Source: a bacterium (lineage in GTDB: Bacteria; UBA10199; 2-02-FULL-44-16; JAAZCA01). From it: a stretch of 64,000 nucleotides of DNA. This document shows, one piece after another, positions 1 to 11,221 of the stretch. Within the stretch, counting starts at the first letter, position 1. The number at the start of each line of letters is the position of its first letter. The stretch lies in assembly GCA_963674695.2 (NCBI GenBank), contig CAXXGI010000001.1, positions 480,001 through 544,000 on the forward strand. Direction: 5' to 3'. The position numbers were made by a program, and so were the translations under genes. A model generated the notes under the pieces. The model made no database searches. It saw only the letters and a list, made by a program, of their open reading frames with translations, and was not told the DNA's origin.

Positions 1-92
1 CCCGCTGCGGCACGTTCGTCCTCAAGAGTGAATCGATCCTGAGCGGTGGAAACCGCTATTGTTCGGAACAATGCCGAGAGAAATTCAACTGA
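1..92 (+). CDS. 3' end of a small Cys-motif (TRASH/YHS/PP0621-like) protein, truncated by the window edge
   Basis: Frame from position 3 reads RCGTFVLKSESILSGGNRYCSEQCREKFN* with TGA at 90-92; CG...YCSxxC metal-binding pattern. Confidence 0.5.
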   Translation, partial: RCGTFVLKSESILSGGNRYCSEQCREKFN

Positions 93-110
93 CACACAAG
101 GAGATCATTC

Positions 111-758
111 ATGAAGATTTTCATCGACACCGCGAACATCGACGAAATCCGCGAGGCCAACAGCATGGGCGTCCTCGACGGCGTGACCACCAACCCCTCG
201 CTCGTGGCCAAGACCGGCAAGGACTTCAAGACCGTCACCAAAGAGATCCTCGCGGAGATCCCCGATCGCCCGGTGAGCCTCGAGGTCACTTCCCTCGATG
301 CCAAGGGCATGATCGAAGAGGCCAAGAAGCTCGCCGACTTGGGTTCCAACGTTATCTGCAAAGTCCCCTCCACCGTCGAGGGACTCAAGGCCGTGAAGGC
401 CTGTGCCGACATGAACATCAAGACCAACTGCACGCTCTGCTTTCAGTCGAGCCAGGCCATCCTCGTGGCCAAGGCGGGCGCAACCTATGTGAGCCCGTTC
501 GTCGGACGCCTCGACGACATCACCACCGTCGGCATGGATCTCATCGGCGACATCGTGCAGATCTATGACAACTACGAGGTCGAAACCGAGATCATCGTGG
601 CCAGCATTCGCAACCCGTTGCACGTGCGCGAAGCCGCACTCTACGGCGCCGACATCTGCACGATCCCGCTGCCGGTCATCAAGCAACTCATGGGCCACCC
701 CCTCACCGACATCGGCATCGAGAAGTTTCTGAAGGACTGGGATCGCGTACCGAAATAG
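111..758 (+). CDS. tal: Transaldolase (short MipB/FSA-family type)
   Basis: [22 protein letters not shown], Schiff-base Lys in [11 protein letters not shown] (Glu and Phe as in transaldolases); RBS aaggag upstream. Confidence 0.93.
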   Translation: MKIFIDTANIDEIREANSMGVLDGVTTNPSLVAKTGKDFKTVTKEILAEIPDRPVSLEVTSLDAKGMIEEAKKLADLGSNVICKVPSTVEGLKAVKACADMNIKTNCTLCFQSSQAILVAKAGATYVSPFVGRLDDITTVGMDLIGDIVQIYDNYEVETEIIVASIRNPLHVREAALYGADICTIPLPVIKQLMGHPLTDIGIEKFLKDWDRVPK

Positions 759-770
759 ACCGGGGGTTAT

Positions 771-1355
771 ATGTCTTTCATCAACGACAAGACCAAAGAG
801 ATCAACGCCAAGATCGTCTACCAGGGGCCGGCGCAGTGCGGAAAGTCGACGAGTCTGCGCCACATCTATGGCGAGATCCGCAAAGGCGCCAAAGGCGACA
901 TGATCTCGCTGGCGCAGGACGACGACCGCACGCTCTACTTCGACTTCGTACCCTTGAACCTGGGGCAGGTTGGCGGCTACACCGTGCGCCTCCACCTCTA
1001 TACGGTCCCGGGCGAAGTCGGCTACAGCCAGTCGCGCACACTCATCTCCAAGGGTGTGGATGGCGTGGTCTTCATGGCCGATTCGCAGCTGACCCGCATG
1101 GAGGAGAACATCAAAAGCCTCGCCAATCTCAAGGAGATTCTCGCGAACGAAGGACACGAGTGGGGGGAAGTGCCCGTCGCCTTTCAGTACAACAAGCGCG
1201 ACCTGAAAAACATCATTCCCGCCGCGGAACTGGCGCGCTATCTCAACCCGGACAAATGGCCCGAGTTCGAAACCGTGGCTACCGAGGGCACGAACGTCTT
1301 CGACGCCTTCCGCTCCATCAGCACCCGCGTCCTCAAGGATCTGAAGAATGCATAA
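771..1355 (+). CDS. mglA: MglA-family small GTPase (atypical P-loop and switch II)
   Basis: MSFIN..EINAKIVYQGPAQCGKST, DRTLYFDF, LYTVPG, KGVDGVVFMADSQ, QYNKRDL; colinear with myxobacterial MglA. Confidence 0.9.
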   Translation: MSFINDKTKEINAKIVYQGPAQCGKSTSLRHIYGEIRKGAKGDMISLAQDDDRTLYFDFVPLNLGQVGGYTVRLHLYTVPGEVGYSQSRTLISKGVDGVVFMADSQLTRMEENIKSLANLKEILANEGHEWGEVPVAFQYNKRDLKNIIPAAELARYLNPDKWPEFETVATEGTNVFDAFRSISTRVLKDLKNA

Positions 1356-1387
1356 GAAACCCTCAAGGCGATCGCAGTGTCCAATCA

Positions 1388-1463
1388 TGTCATTCCGAGC
1401 GTAGTCGAGGAATCTCATGAGATCCCTCCACTCCCTTGTATAACTCGGTCGGTCGGGATGACA
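1388..1463. repeat. REP-like palindromic dimer (TGTCATTCC...GGGATGACA)
   Basis: tgtcattccgagcgtagtcgaggaatctc...gagatcc...gggatgaca; same family recurs in other intergenic regions. Confidence 0.65.
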
Positions 1464-1484
1464 TACAACAGGGTTTTCCCCAAC

Positions 1485-1516
1485 GTAAAAGGGCTGCCGT
1501 GAGGCAGCCCTTTTAC
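1485..1516. terminator. Bidirectional rho-independent terminator
   Basis: gtaaaagggctgcc-gtga-ggcagcccttttac, a perfect stem with A and T tracts, between convergent genes. Confidence 0.85.
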
Positions 1517-1536
1517 ATTTTCACTTCTCATCGACT

Positions 1537-2256
1537 CTATTTCTTCTTGAGCTCTTCAATTTCAAAATGCTCGATTGGAAGTCCAGCGCGCTCGGCCACG
1601 AACTCGATCTGCTTGCGCGGGATCTTCTGCCCGAGTTTCTTGGAGTAGACCATCTCGAACTCGGCGTTCCACAGCGGGAACTTCCGTGTCGTCGGCGTCT
1701 CTTCGACCTTGATGAAGTTCGTCGGACAGACATACGCACAGGAACCGCATCCGATGCAGTCGATCGCCTCGGCATTGAGCGGCGGTGAAACCTTCCGATC
1801 CTTGCCGCGCTCGGAGAATCCGATGGCGTTGGCACCGACCACCTCGCTGCACGCGCGCACACAGTTCCCGCAGAGGATACAGCCCTCTTCCTGTTTGGAG
1901 AACTTTGTCTCCGTCACGCCCCATTTTTTCGCCAACTCGACAACCTCAGGAACGTTCGACGAACGCGCCAGCGTGAACTGCATGATCATATTGCGAATAC
2001 GCACCACCTTGTCGGAATTCGTCCGAAAGGTCTGCCCATCCTTGACCGGGAAATTGCACGAGGTGACCATCTTCGACCAGTCGCCGCGATCCCACTCCAC
2101 GAGGCAGAGCCGGCACGCACCGTAGGAGCTGACATCGACGTGATCGCAGAGTGTCGGAATTTCGATGCCCTCGCGACGGCAGACGTCGAGCAGCCGCTCG
2201 CCCGCGGTGGCCTTCACCTGCTTGTCGTCGAGAGTGATGGTAATCTGATCTGACAT
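1537..2256 (-). CDS. [2Fe-2S] plus 2[4Fe-4S] protein (NuoG/HydA N-terminal module only, no catalytic domain)
   Basis: EIPTLC, GACRLC, TSC; CILCGNCVRAC; CIGCGSCAYVCP; protein ends soon after; likely start MSDQIT at 2256. Confidence 0.85.
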   Translation of the reverse strand: MSDQITITLDDKQVKATAGERLLDVCRREGIEIPTLCDHVDVSSYGACRLCLVEWDRGDWSKMVTSCNFPVKDGQTFRTNSDKVVRIRNMIMQFTLARSSNVPEVVELAKKWGVTETKFSKQEEGCILCGNCVRACSEVVGANAIGFSERGKDRKVSPPLNAEAIDCIGCGSCAYVCPTNFIKVEETPTTRKFPLWNAEFEMVYSKKLGQKIPRKQIEFVAERAGLPIEHFEIEELKKK

Positions 2257-2304
2257 AGTCGATTGCCTTTCCATTCGCCCCTCCATCACATCGGGAGGGA
2301 TCTC

Positions 2305-4194
2305 TTATTCCACATGAATCGCATCGAACTTGCACGCCTCGGCACACATACCGCATTTGATGCATTTATCTGTATCGATCGTGTGCAGCTTGAGTTTCGC
2401 GTGCGGCTTACCCTTAACCGTCGCGGGTTTGTCCGTCACGGAGATCGCATCGACGGGGCAAACTTTCACGCACGCGCCGCAACCGGTGCAACTGCCATCC
2501 ACCACCGAGAAGGTGATGAGGTTCTTACAGACCTTGCCCGGGCACCGTTTGTCCTTGATGTGCGCGTCGTATTCGTCGCGAAAATACTTGATGGTGGAGA
2601 GCACCGGATTCGGCGCCGTACCGCCGAGCGCACAGAGCGAACCTTCGAGGATCGACTCGCTCATCTCTTCGAGCAGCTCCACATCCCCTTCTTTGCCGTC
2701 GCCCGCACAGATGCGATCGAGGATCTCGAGCATGTGGCGAACGCCCTCGCGGCAGGGCGTGCACTTGCCGCAGGACTCTTCGGTAAGAAACTTCGTAAAG
2801 TAGCGCGCCACATCCACCATGCAGGTATCTTCGTCCATGACGATGAGGCCACCGGAACCCATCATCGACCCAACTTTCGTCAGCTCGTCGAAGTCAACGT
2901 GAAGATCGAGCATCTTCTCGGGCAAGCAGCCACCCGACGGACCGCCGGTCTGCACCGCTTTAAACTTCTTCCCATTCGGAATCCCGCCACCGATGTCGAA
3001 GATGATCTCGCGCAACGTAAGCCCCATAGGCACTTCCACGAGCCCCGTGTTGTTGATCTTGCCGACGACCGAGAAGATCTTGGTCCCCTTGCTCCCCTTC
3101 GTACCGATTTTGGCGAAACTCGCCGCGCCTTCGCGCAGGATGAGCGGCACGTTGGCCCAGGTCTCGACGTTGTTGAGACAGCTGGGTTTATCCCACAGAC
3201 CATACTCGGCTGTATGAATGTATTTCGCGCGCGGCTCGCCGATCTTTCCTTCGAGCGATGCCATAAGCGCGGTCGATTCGCCGCAGACGAACGCGCCACC
3301 GCCGCGACTGATGATGATGTCGAAATCGAATCCGGAACCCAGGATGTTCTTTCCCAGAAGCCCCATCTCCTGCGCTTGCTTGATGGCGATGCGCGCATTT
3401 TTTACCGCCAGCGGATACTCGTTACGCACATAGATGTAGCCCTCTTTCGCGCCGATGGCATACGCACCGATGATCATGCCCTCGATCACGCTGTGCGGAT
3501 TCCCTTCGAGCAACGAGCGATCCATGTAGGCACCCGGATCGCCTTCATCCGCGTTGCAGATCACATAGCGACGTTTGCCCGGCTGCGCCTTGCGCACCGT
3601 CTCCCACTTGCGCGCGGTGAGAAAGCCACCGCCGCCGCGCCCACGAAGCCCCGCCTCTTTGACTTCCGTGATGATCGCCTCGGGATCCATCGCGAATGAT
3701 TTTTCCAACCCCGCGTATCCACCCTCGGCGATGTAGTCGTCGATCGAATCGGCGTTGATGCGCTGGTTCGCGCCGAAAATCAGGCGGTTCTGCTTGGCGT
3801 AGAAGGGAACGTCCTTCTCATAGACGGCCTTGTCCCCCTCGGGACCGGTGTAGACGAGTTTGTCGATCACCTCGTCGCCGAACACCGATTTGGCCAGGAT
3901 GTCGGGAACATCGGCGGGATCGATGCGCTGATAGAAGATACCCTTCGGGCTGATCAGCGCCAGCGGGCCGCGCTCGCAGAAGCCGTGACAACCCGAGACA
4001 CGCAGGGTGACCTTGTCTTCGAGTTTCTTGGCGGCAATCTCCTGTCGGAAGGCATCGATCACCTTCTGGCAGCCATAGCCGTGGCAGCCTGTGCCACCGC
4101 AGACGGTGACGATGGGCGTTATCGGATTGCGCTCCTGCTGCAACTTCGTGCGCAGCGCTTGAAGCGCCTTCATGTCGGTTAGATTCTGTGTCAC
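2305..4194 (-). CDS. nuoF: NADH/FMN-binding subunit, long NuoF/HydB (BfuB) type
   Basis: N-terminal CGGTGC..GCHGFC; GLRGRGGGGF; CNADEGDPGAYMDR; GAFVCGE; GGPSGG; SCGKCTPCREG; C-terminal 2[4Fe-4S] ferredoxin. Confidence 0.92.
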   Translation of the reverse strand: MTQNLTDMKALQALRTKLQQERNPITPIVTVCGGTGCHGYGCQKVIDAFRQEIAAKKLEDKVTLRVSGCHGFCERGPLALISPKGIFYQRIDPADVPDILAKSVFGDEVIDKLVYTGPEGDKAVYEKDVPFYAKQNRLIFGANQRINADSIDDYIAEGGYAGLEKSFAMDPEAIITEVKEAGLRGRGGGGFLTARKWETVRKAQPGKRRYVICNADEGDPGAYMDRSLLEGNPHSVIEGMIIGAYAIGAKEGYIYVRNEYPLAVKNARIAIKQAQEMGLLGKNILGSGFDFDIIISRGGGAFVCGESTALMASLEGKIGEPRAKYIHTAEYGLWDKPSCLNNVETWANVPLILREGAASFAKIGTKGSKGTKIFSVVGKINNTGLVEVPMGLTLREIIFDIGGGIPNGKKFKAVQTGGPSGGCLPEKMLDLHVDFDELTKVGSMMGSGGLIVMDEDTCMVDVARYFTKFLTEESCGKCTPCREGVRHMLEILDRICAGDGKEGDVELLEEMSESILEGSLCALGGTAPNPVLSTIKYFRDEYDAHIKDKRCPGKVCKNLITFSVVDGSCTGCGACVKVCPVDAISVTDKPATVKGKPHAKLKLHTIDTDKCIKCGMCAEACKFDAIHVE

Positions 4195-4655
4195 GATTTC
4201 GACCCCTTCAGTTCATCGATGAGGGCGGCGGTCTTGGTGCCGTCCATCTTGCCATGATAGTCTTCGTTCACCACGATCACCGGTCCCAACGCGCAGCACC
4301 CAACGCAGTTGACCGTCTCGAGCGTCACTTTTTTGTCTGTGGTCGTCTCGCCGGCACCAACGCCGAAGCCGCGCTCAAGTTCTTCGAGCAGACGCTGTGC
4401 GCCGCGCACGTGGCACGCGGTTCCCATGCAGACGTTCACCACCTTCTCGCCACGCGGGGTCAGCGAAAATGCCGAAAAGAACGTCGCCACGGAAAAGATC
4501 TGGGCGAGCGGAATGTTGAGGAGTGTGGACACCTGCTTGAGCGGCGCCTCGGGCAGATAGCGATAGTGCGTCTGCACATCCTGCAGGATACCGATGAGCT
4601 GGTCCGGCCGGTTCTGATGATCGGCGCAAATCTTGTCGACGGTCTTTAAATCCAT
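4191..4655 (-). CDS. nuoE: NuoE/HydC-like [2Fe-2S] subunit
   Basis: VATFFSAFSL, VCMGTACHVRG, VNCVGCCALGP; stop overlaps the start of the nuoF-like gene. Confidence 0.92.
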   Translation of the reverse strand: MDLKTVDKICADHQNRPDQLIGILQDVQTHYRYLPEAPLKQVSTLLNIPLAQIFSVATFFSAFSLTPRGEKVVNVCMGTACHVRGAQRLLEELERGFGVGAGETTTDKKVTLETVNCVGCCALGPVIVVNEDYHGKMDGTKTAALIDELKGSKS

Positions 4656-4685
4656 GGTGGCGTCCTCATTCGAATCGTTTCGGCT

Positions 4686-5618
<933 letters not shown>

Positions 5619-5646
5619 AGTCGATTCCCTGTCGTGGTGAATGGTG

Positions 5647-6822
5647 CTATTCCCGAACGAAGAGCAACTCGGTACGACTGTCCTGCCCCTTCTCCGCTAG
5701 CCCTTCGCCGCGCTCGATCATGCTGACGAACTGCTCGGGAAGGATGTCGCGCCCGCCAAGGCCCGCGATAAATCCGATCACCTTCGGGCGAATCGGCTTG
5801 TCATAGAGCGCGCTGCGAATCTCGCTGGCCACCGGGCCGCCAGGGCCGCCCGAGGAGATGGCGCGATCGAGGACGATCAGGTTCTTCGCCCCCTTGACCG
5901 CCTCATAGAAATCTTCGAAGGGGAACGGCCGCCACAGGCGCAACTTCACCTGGCCGACCTTCTTGCCCTTCGCGCGCAGCTCATCGACCGCCACCGAAGC
6001 CGTCTCGCCGTAGCTGCCCATGGTGAAGATCAGCGTCTCGGCATCGTCAGCCTTGTAGGTCTCCACGGCCTTGTACTCGCGGCCGAAGTGTTTGCCGAAT
6101 GCTTCCCACATCTCGTCGAGCACCGGACGGATGGCGAGGAAGTCGTTTTCCTGAGCGGCCTTGATCTCGGTATAGATGTTGGGGGGAGCGAACGTTCCCA
6201 TGCTGACCGGCTCGCGCGGGTCGAGCGGCTTGGGAAACTGATTGTCGGGCAGGAAGGCTTTCACCTTCTCTTCATCTTCCATGAAGATCGGCTCGACCAC
6301 GTGCGTCAGGTGGAAACCGTCCATGTTGATCATCACGGGGAAGAGCACGCGTTTGTCCTCGGCGGTGCGGAACGCCCAGATGATATGGTCGAAGGATTCC
6401 TGGCCGTTCTCGACGAAGATCTGGATCCAACCGGTGTCGCGCACGGCCATTACGTCGGAGTGATCGCCCCAAACTGAGAGCGGTGCGGAGAGCGCACGGT
6501 TGGCGACCGTCATGACGATGGGCAGACGCATGGAGCTGGCGAGATAAACCGCCTCGTGCATCAGCTCCAAACCCTGACCGGCCGTGGCCGTAAAGGTGCG
6601 TGCACCCGCGGCGGATGAACCCAAACAGGCGCTCATGGCGGAGTGTTCGCTCTCGACACAGACGAACTCGGCGTCGAGTTCGCCATTGGCGACCAGCTCC
6701 GAGAGATGCTCGACGATGTGCGTCTGCGGCGTGATGGGATATGCGGCCACCACGTCGGCGTTGCAGAGCATAACCGCCTCGGAGACCGCCAGTGAAACCT
6801 CAATGCCTTCGCGCTTTCCCAT
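5647..6822 (-). CDS. porA: Pyruvate/2-oxoacid:ferredoxin oxidoreductase alpha subunit
   Basis: AAYPITPQT, VESEHSAMSAC, NRALSAP, LRLWRPFP, GLGGRD; start MGKREG at 6822 (the longer ORF runs through a REP and porD). Confidence 0.93.
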   Translation of the reverse strand: MGKREGIEVSLAVSEAVMLCNADVVAAYPITPQTHIVEHLSELVANGELDAEFVCVESEHSAMSACLGSSAAGARTFTATAGQGLELMHEAVYLASSMRLPIVMTVANRALSAPLSVWGDHSDVMAVRDTGWIQIFVENGQESFDHIIWAFRTAEDKRVLFPVMINMDGFHLTHVVEPIFMEDEEKVKAFLPDNQFPKPLDPREPVSMGTFAPPNIYTEIKAAQENDFLAIRPVLDEMWEAFGKHFGREYKAVETYKADDAETLIFTMGSYGETASVAVDELRAKGKKVGQVKLRLWRPFPFEDFYEAVKGAKNLIVLDRAISSGGPGGPVASEIRSALYDKPIRPKVIGFIAGLGGRDILPEQFVSMIERGEGLAEKGQDSRTELLFVRE

Positions 6823-6846
6823 GGTAACTCCGTAATTCGTACTTGC

Positions 6847-6917
6847 TGTCATTCCCGCGCAGGCGGGAATCTCGCTTACGACGGCACATCGAGATCCCCG
6901 CGTTCGCGGGGATGACA
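6847..6917. repeat. REP-like palindromic dimer inside the por operon
   Basis: tgtcattcccgcgcaggcgggaatctcg...cgagatccccgcgttcgcggggatgaca. Confidence 0.8.
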
Positions 6918-6943
6918 AAAACACGATTGTGCCATCAACTCTT

Positions 6944-7240
6944 TTACTTTTCCTTCTTCTCTTCACCCATGGCCACCATCTCGAACGAGCCGGTCCAGCA
7001 CTCGCGCGCGCAGATGCCACAGCCCTTGCAGTAGTATTCATCCACCTCGATATAGCCGTCATCCTTGATCTTGATGGCCGCATCCGGGCAGAACATATAA
7101 CAGACGCCGCACTTCACGCAGCGATCCTTGTCGTAGACGGGCCGCTGACTGCGCCAATCGCCGGTGCGATAGGCCTTCGCGCCGCCAGGCGTGTCGACGA
7201 TGAAGCCGGTCTCGATCTCTTTCCAGGTTCTGTCTGCCAT
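6944..7240 (-). CDS. porD: 2-oxoacid:ferredoxin oxidoreductase delta subunit
   Basis: TGDWRSQRP, CVKCGVCYMFCP, CKGCGICAREC. Confidence 0.92.
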   Translation of the reverse strand: MADRTWKEIETGFIVDTPGGAKAYRTGDWRSQRPVYDKDRCVKCGVCYMFCPDAAIKIKDDGYIEVDEYYCKGCGICARECWTGSFEMVAMGEEKKEK

Positions 7241-7275
7241 CGTTCACTCCGTGATTCATTCTGCGTTATTCATCG

Positions 7276-7830
7276 TCACCCGGTGATCGTCGTCTCGCCG
7301 TAGGCGCGTTCCAGCGCCTTCACGTTCCGCTCGGCGAGCTTCGGATTGAAGCGCGCCTCGATCTGCGGAATGAGTGTCTTCAGCGGAACCACCTCGCTGG
7401 CCTTGATGAGCGAACCGATCATGGTCGTATTCGTGATGGGAACCTTGAGCGTCTCGAGCGCAACGGTGAGCGCATCGATCGTGGCAAGCTTGCCCTTATA
7501 GGCCTTCATCTTCTGGCGAAGCTCGGCCTCGGGCATCTTGGTATTGACCACGACGAGCCCGCCCTCTTTGAGGCCGGAGGTTACGTCGACGATATCGATG
7601 AGGCCGTCGTCGAGCACCACGACGATGTCGGGGCGGGTCACCTCGGCACGCACGCGGATCTTTTCGTCGGAGACGCGCAAGAACGCCTGCACCGGCGCGC
7701 CGCGGCGCTCCGGCCCGAAGGAGGGCATCGACTGCGCGAACTTGCCCTGTGCGATGGCCGCCAGCGCCACCAATTCAGCGGAGGTCACGGCCCCCTGGCC
7801 GCCTCGTCCATGAAAACGAATTTCGAGCAT
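7276..7830 (-). CDS. porC: 2-oxoacid:ferredoxin oxidoreductase gamma subunit
   Basis: MLEIRFHGRGGQGAVT, FGPERRGAPV, NTTMIG. Confidence 0.93.
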   Translation of the reverse strand: MLEIRFHGRGGQGAVTSAELVALAAIAQGKFAQSMPSFGPERRGAPVQAFLRVSDEKIRVRAEVTRPDIVVVLDDGLIDIVDVTSGLKEGGLVVVNTKMPEAELRQKMKAYKGKLATIDALTVALETLKVPITNTTMIGSLIKASEVVPLKTLIPQIEARFNPKLAERNVKALERAYGETTITG

Positions 7831-7952
7831 GGCTACCTTCCAAAGTGTTGATATTTATAGATTAATAACCAGGTTTTCTGCGAAAGCGGGCGCACGTTCG
7901 CTCTTTTAGGGGGCGATGTCAAGGAAAGATCGGGAGAAAAGACGCGTCGGAC

Positions 7953-10931
7953 CTAGAACGCCGGCCGGTACATATCGACCGGAATCTCCGGAGGGTCGCC
8001 GGGGCGCAGCTCGCGCGCGAAGGCAATGAGTTCCTGCACATAGCCGAAGGAGACCCCGCCGGAATAGCTGCGACCGGGCAGGACGAAGCGATCGACATCG
8101 GAGGTGAGCGGAATGCGCCGAAATCCTTCGGCCTCCATGAGCTCGGCATAGCGATCGCTCGAATACGCCATTCGCCATTCATCCGGGCACATCACGGCAC
8201 GGTCATCCTTTCCATCGCCATCATAATCACCCACCACAGGATGGCACTCTCCCCCTCCATAAACGTTATCTGGAGGGAGCGACGTAAATGAAGCAAAATA
8301 ATCACTTCCAAATGCTACATTCCATTCCTCGGAGCTATTATCCTTGATCGCTGGGGCACTCCATGAACTGGCGGGATCAAAGCGCCCGGGAATAGGAATC
8401 GCTTCATTTCCTCCATAGATCGGACCCGCATATCTCATGATATCAAACGCACCAGTAGGATTCGTCAACACAACCATACGTCCCTCATCAGCGATACCAT
8501 CTGGATATTTATAACTGAAATACGGAGAGTGTTCTGACAAATTTGAAAAATCGTGACCGAAGGCGAGATACGCCCAGCCAGGCGCCTGCGCCAACTCTTC
8601 ATCGGACAGATATTCGAATTCAAATTCATATCCCGAAAAATCGCCTTCGTCCGTACCACCATAATCGACACGCCAGATGCCATCGGAGCAGGCAATGGCG
8701 ATGTCCATAAAACCATCTTCATCGTAATCACCCAATACCGGGCGGCTGTAGTTGGAGCAGTTCGGGCCTGTGCGTGTGGCGCAGGAGAGCGGGTCGAGTT
8801 TGAGGTCGTCGACCCATTGATCGCTGTAATCGAGCACCCAGTCCCAGCCGTGCCAGGAGCTGCGGCGAAGGATATCGACGTCGGTGAAGGCGATGTAAAA
8901 GGTGCCGTGTTCCTTGTCGTAGACCACGAAGTCGCTGCGACCGTCGGCGTTCACATCTTCCACATAGGGCCAGACCCAGCGTCCGTCGATGGGATCGTGT
9001 GTGATCTCGACATCCCAACTTCCAAAACCGTCGGCGGCTTCACCCATGGACGAGAGGTCGAGCTTCCAGGTGCCGTTGGTCCACTGCACGAGGTCAGCAC
9101 GCCCATCGCCGTCGAAGTCGTAGTGATCGGCAAAACCGGTCTGCGGCGTGAAGAGCTCTTCGTCCGGACAGATCGGATCGGAGTTCACAAGATCACCCTC
9201 TTTGCAGATGATGCCGATGCCAGCCGCGCGCAGGGCAATCATGCGCTCTTCGGTGAGGATCTCGCCGGAATCGAGCTCCGGATACTGGGCCCGCATCTGG
9301 GCGAGAAACGTATCGACTGTATTCATGGCGACATCGATGCGCGGCTGGGTGCCGATGTTGCAGCCCGCATCGCTCTGATTGACCCCCGAACCGACGATGA
9401 TCTCGCGCATCTTGGGCGGCATGAGGTAGCGCTTGTAGCCGAGCTCCCCTCTCGCATAGCTCTGCACGAGCACCGCCGCGCCGCCGACGATGGCCGCCGC
9501 CGACGAGGTGCCGCCGAAATTGTCGATGAAATAGCTGTTGGTCTCGTCATTCGGCGGAATCGGTCCCTGCGTGCCGTTCCACCCATAGAGGCCGTAGGGA
9601 TAGCCCGTAGTCACGACCCCTTGGCCCCAGGAAAAACTGTTTACGCGTGAGCCGCAGTTGGAAAACGAGATCTTTTCTTCGTTCGCGCCCTGGCTTGCCC
9701 CCACCATGATGGAGCCGGCATCCTCGACCGAGAGGTCGTGGGCAAACGCCCACTCGCCCGTGTAGAGTTCGGGGTTGTCCAGATCCATCTGGCCGTTTCC
9801 GGAACCGGAGATGACGGTCACGCCATAGGCCGTGGCCTGCTCGATGGCCGCAAAGTCTTCGGGCCACAGCTCGGTGGGAACGCAGCCGTATTGATCACTG
9901 GCATACTGCCCCGAGCAACTCCCATCGCTGAGTTTTCCGGGAAGCTGCACTTCGATCACCCAGATGGTGCCGGGCTCAATATCCGTGAGAAGCGGATTGT
10001 TCCCCGGATCCACTCCGTCGGTCGCATTCCTCAGCGCACCGTATGTTCCATTCCCCAACGACACTTCGAGCAAGAACGCATCCGGGGCAAATCCTGTGAC
10101 GCCATGACCATTATCGAGCGCCGAAAGAACACCCGCCACGGCCGTTCCGTGCGCTATGTAGGACTCACAGTTTGGAAAATCGTTTGTATAGCCAGGCGCA
10201 CAATCGGGGTAGTACAGAAAATTACCACCATCCTTGAAATGCTCATCAATGAGCCCGAGGTCCTCGTGAAAAAAGTTCATGCCGTGTTCGTTATCGACCA
10301 CAATGACATCTTCGCCCGTAACCCCCGCATTCCAGGCGGCGTGGGCGTTCAACCCCCCGTGCGTCGATTCGGGAAAGAGATAGCCCTGCAAGCCGTCGAG
10401 CGCAGGGGTTGCGGCCAGGCCCGCGGGGCTACCCCGAAGCGCCGGATAGATCCTGGCCACGCCCGCCATGCCGCGCAGCTCGTTCAAGAGCGCAATGGCG
10501 TCTTCGGCGTTATTCGTTTCGATGTGATAGATGGAGTTCCAATCGGTGAGCGCCTTGCCCGAGAGCCGCTCGAGCTTGGCGCGACGCAGATCGACGACAT
10601 CGGCGTCGGCTTCAATCGCACGCACGATGCGCGATGCCGGAAAACGCTTGATCGCGTTCTCGACCGACGCGATGAGCGCCGCTTTGTTCGTGGAGGTGGT
10701 GAGGGCTTTGGATTCGTTCATGCGCACCGCGAGCGCGTCGTCGAAGTGGACGACCAGGTGACCCGCGTAGGCATCGGACTGAATGAGCGCTGCCATCGTC
10801 GTGGGCTCGCCTGCACCCACGTCCGGTTCCGGCGCACTTTCTGGTGAAGGATTACTTCCGCCACCGCAGGATGCGGATGCGATCATCATCGCCACAACGA
10901 TACCCACACGCATGGACCACAGCCTGCGCAT
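7953..10931 (-). CDS. S8 (subtilase) serine protease lipoprotein with C-terminal FG-GAP/VCBS-like repeats, paralog 1
   Basis: Lipobox-like ASASC; triad VVDNE, HGTAVAG, GGTSSAAA; DFDGDGRAD, DVNADGRSD, DYDGDGKDD repeats; start MRRLWS at 10931 with ggag RBS. Confidence 0.85.
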   Translation of the reverse strand: MRRLWSMRVGIVVAMMIASASCGGGSNPSPESAPEPDVGAGEPTTMAALIQSDAYAGHLVVHFDDALAVRMNESKALTTSTNKAALIASVENAIKRFPASRIVRAIEADADVVDLRRAKLERLSGKALTDWNSIYHIETNNAEDAIALLNELRGMAGVARIYPALRGSPAGLAATPALDGLQGYLFPESTHGGLNAHAAWNAGVTGEDVIVVDNEHGMNFFHEDLGLIDEHFKDGGNFLYYPDCAPGYTNDFPNCESYIAHGTAVAGVLSALDNGHGVTGFAPDAFLLEVSLGNGTYGALRNATDGVDPGNNPLLTDIEPGTIWVIEVQLPGKLSDGSCSGQYASDQYGCVPTELWPEDFAAIEQATAYGVTVISGSGNGQMDLDNPELYTGEWAFAHDLSVEDAGSIMVGASQGANEEKISFSNCGSRVNSFSWGQGVVTTGYPYGLYGWNGTQGPIPPNDETNSYFIDNFGGTSSAAAIVGGAAVLVQSYARGELGYKRYLMPPKMREIIVGSGVNQSDAGCNIGTQPRIDVAMNTVDTFLAQMRAQYPELDSGEILTEERMIALRAAGIGIICKEGDLVNSDPICPDEELFTPQTGFADHYDFDGDGRADLVQWTNGTWKLDLSSMGEAADGFGSWDVEITHDPIDGRWVWPYVEDVNADGRSDFVVYDKEHGTFYIAFTDVDILRRSSWHGWDWVLDYSDQWVDDLKLDPLSCATRTGPNCSNYSRPVLGDYDEDGFMDIAIACSDGIWRVDYGGTDEGDFSGYEFEFEYLSDEELAQAPGWAYLAFGHDFSNLSEHSPYFSYKYPDGIADEGRMVVLTNPTGAFDIMRYAGPIYGGNEAIPIPGRFDPASSWSAPAIKDNSSEEWNVAFGSDYFASFTSLPPDNVYGGGECHPVVGDYDGDGKDDRAVMCPDEWRMAYSSDRYAELMEAEGFRRIPLTSDVDRFVLPGRSYSGGVSFGYVQELIAFARELRPGDPPEIPVDMYRPAF

Positions 10932-11078
10932 ACTCACTCCTCGTGCAACCCGGCCTCCCCCCAATGGGCGCTTCACAACGATCCCTTTTCGGCGATCGCG
11001 CACAAATGTTTCGTGGTTTCTCATCGACATCGGCCAGAAAGACCCCTGGGCACCCGAAAAAACTCGTCTTTTGAACGG

Positions 11079-11175
11079 TGTCATTCCCGCGTGAAGTAAG
11101 CGGGAATCCAGCCAAAGCCTTTCCACGTATGGATTTCTTGGGCTGGACCCCCGATTCAAGCACTCGGGGGTGACA
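11079..11175. repeat. REP-like palindromic dimer
   Basis: tgtcattcccgc..gcgggaatccagcc...ggctggacccccga..tcgggggtgaca. Confidence 0.75.
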
Positions 11176-11221
11176 ACCAAACAACAGGTCGCCAGAGAGA
11201 ACCTACTTTAATAACAGACAC

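Noticed and set aside
1537-4655. Respiratory complex I or [FeFe]-hydrogenase
   Set aside because: No membrane Nuo subunits, and the third subunit lacks H-cluster motifs
6823-7083. N-terminal extension of PorA (and of the S8 gene to 11180)
   Set aside because: The extensions read through REP palindromes or porD; internal starts with RBS match the family N-termini
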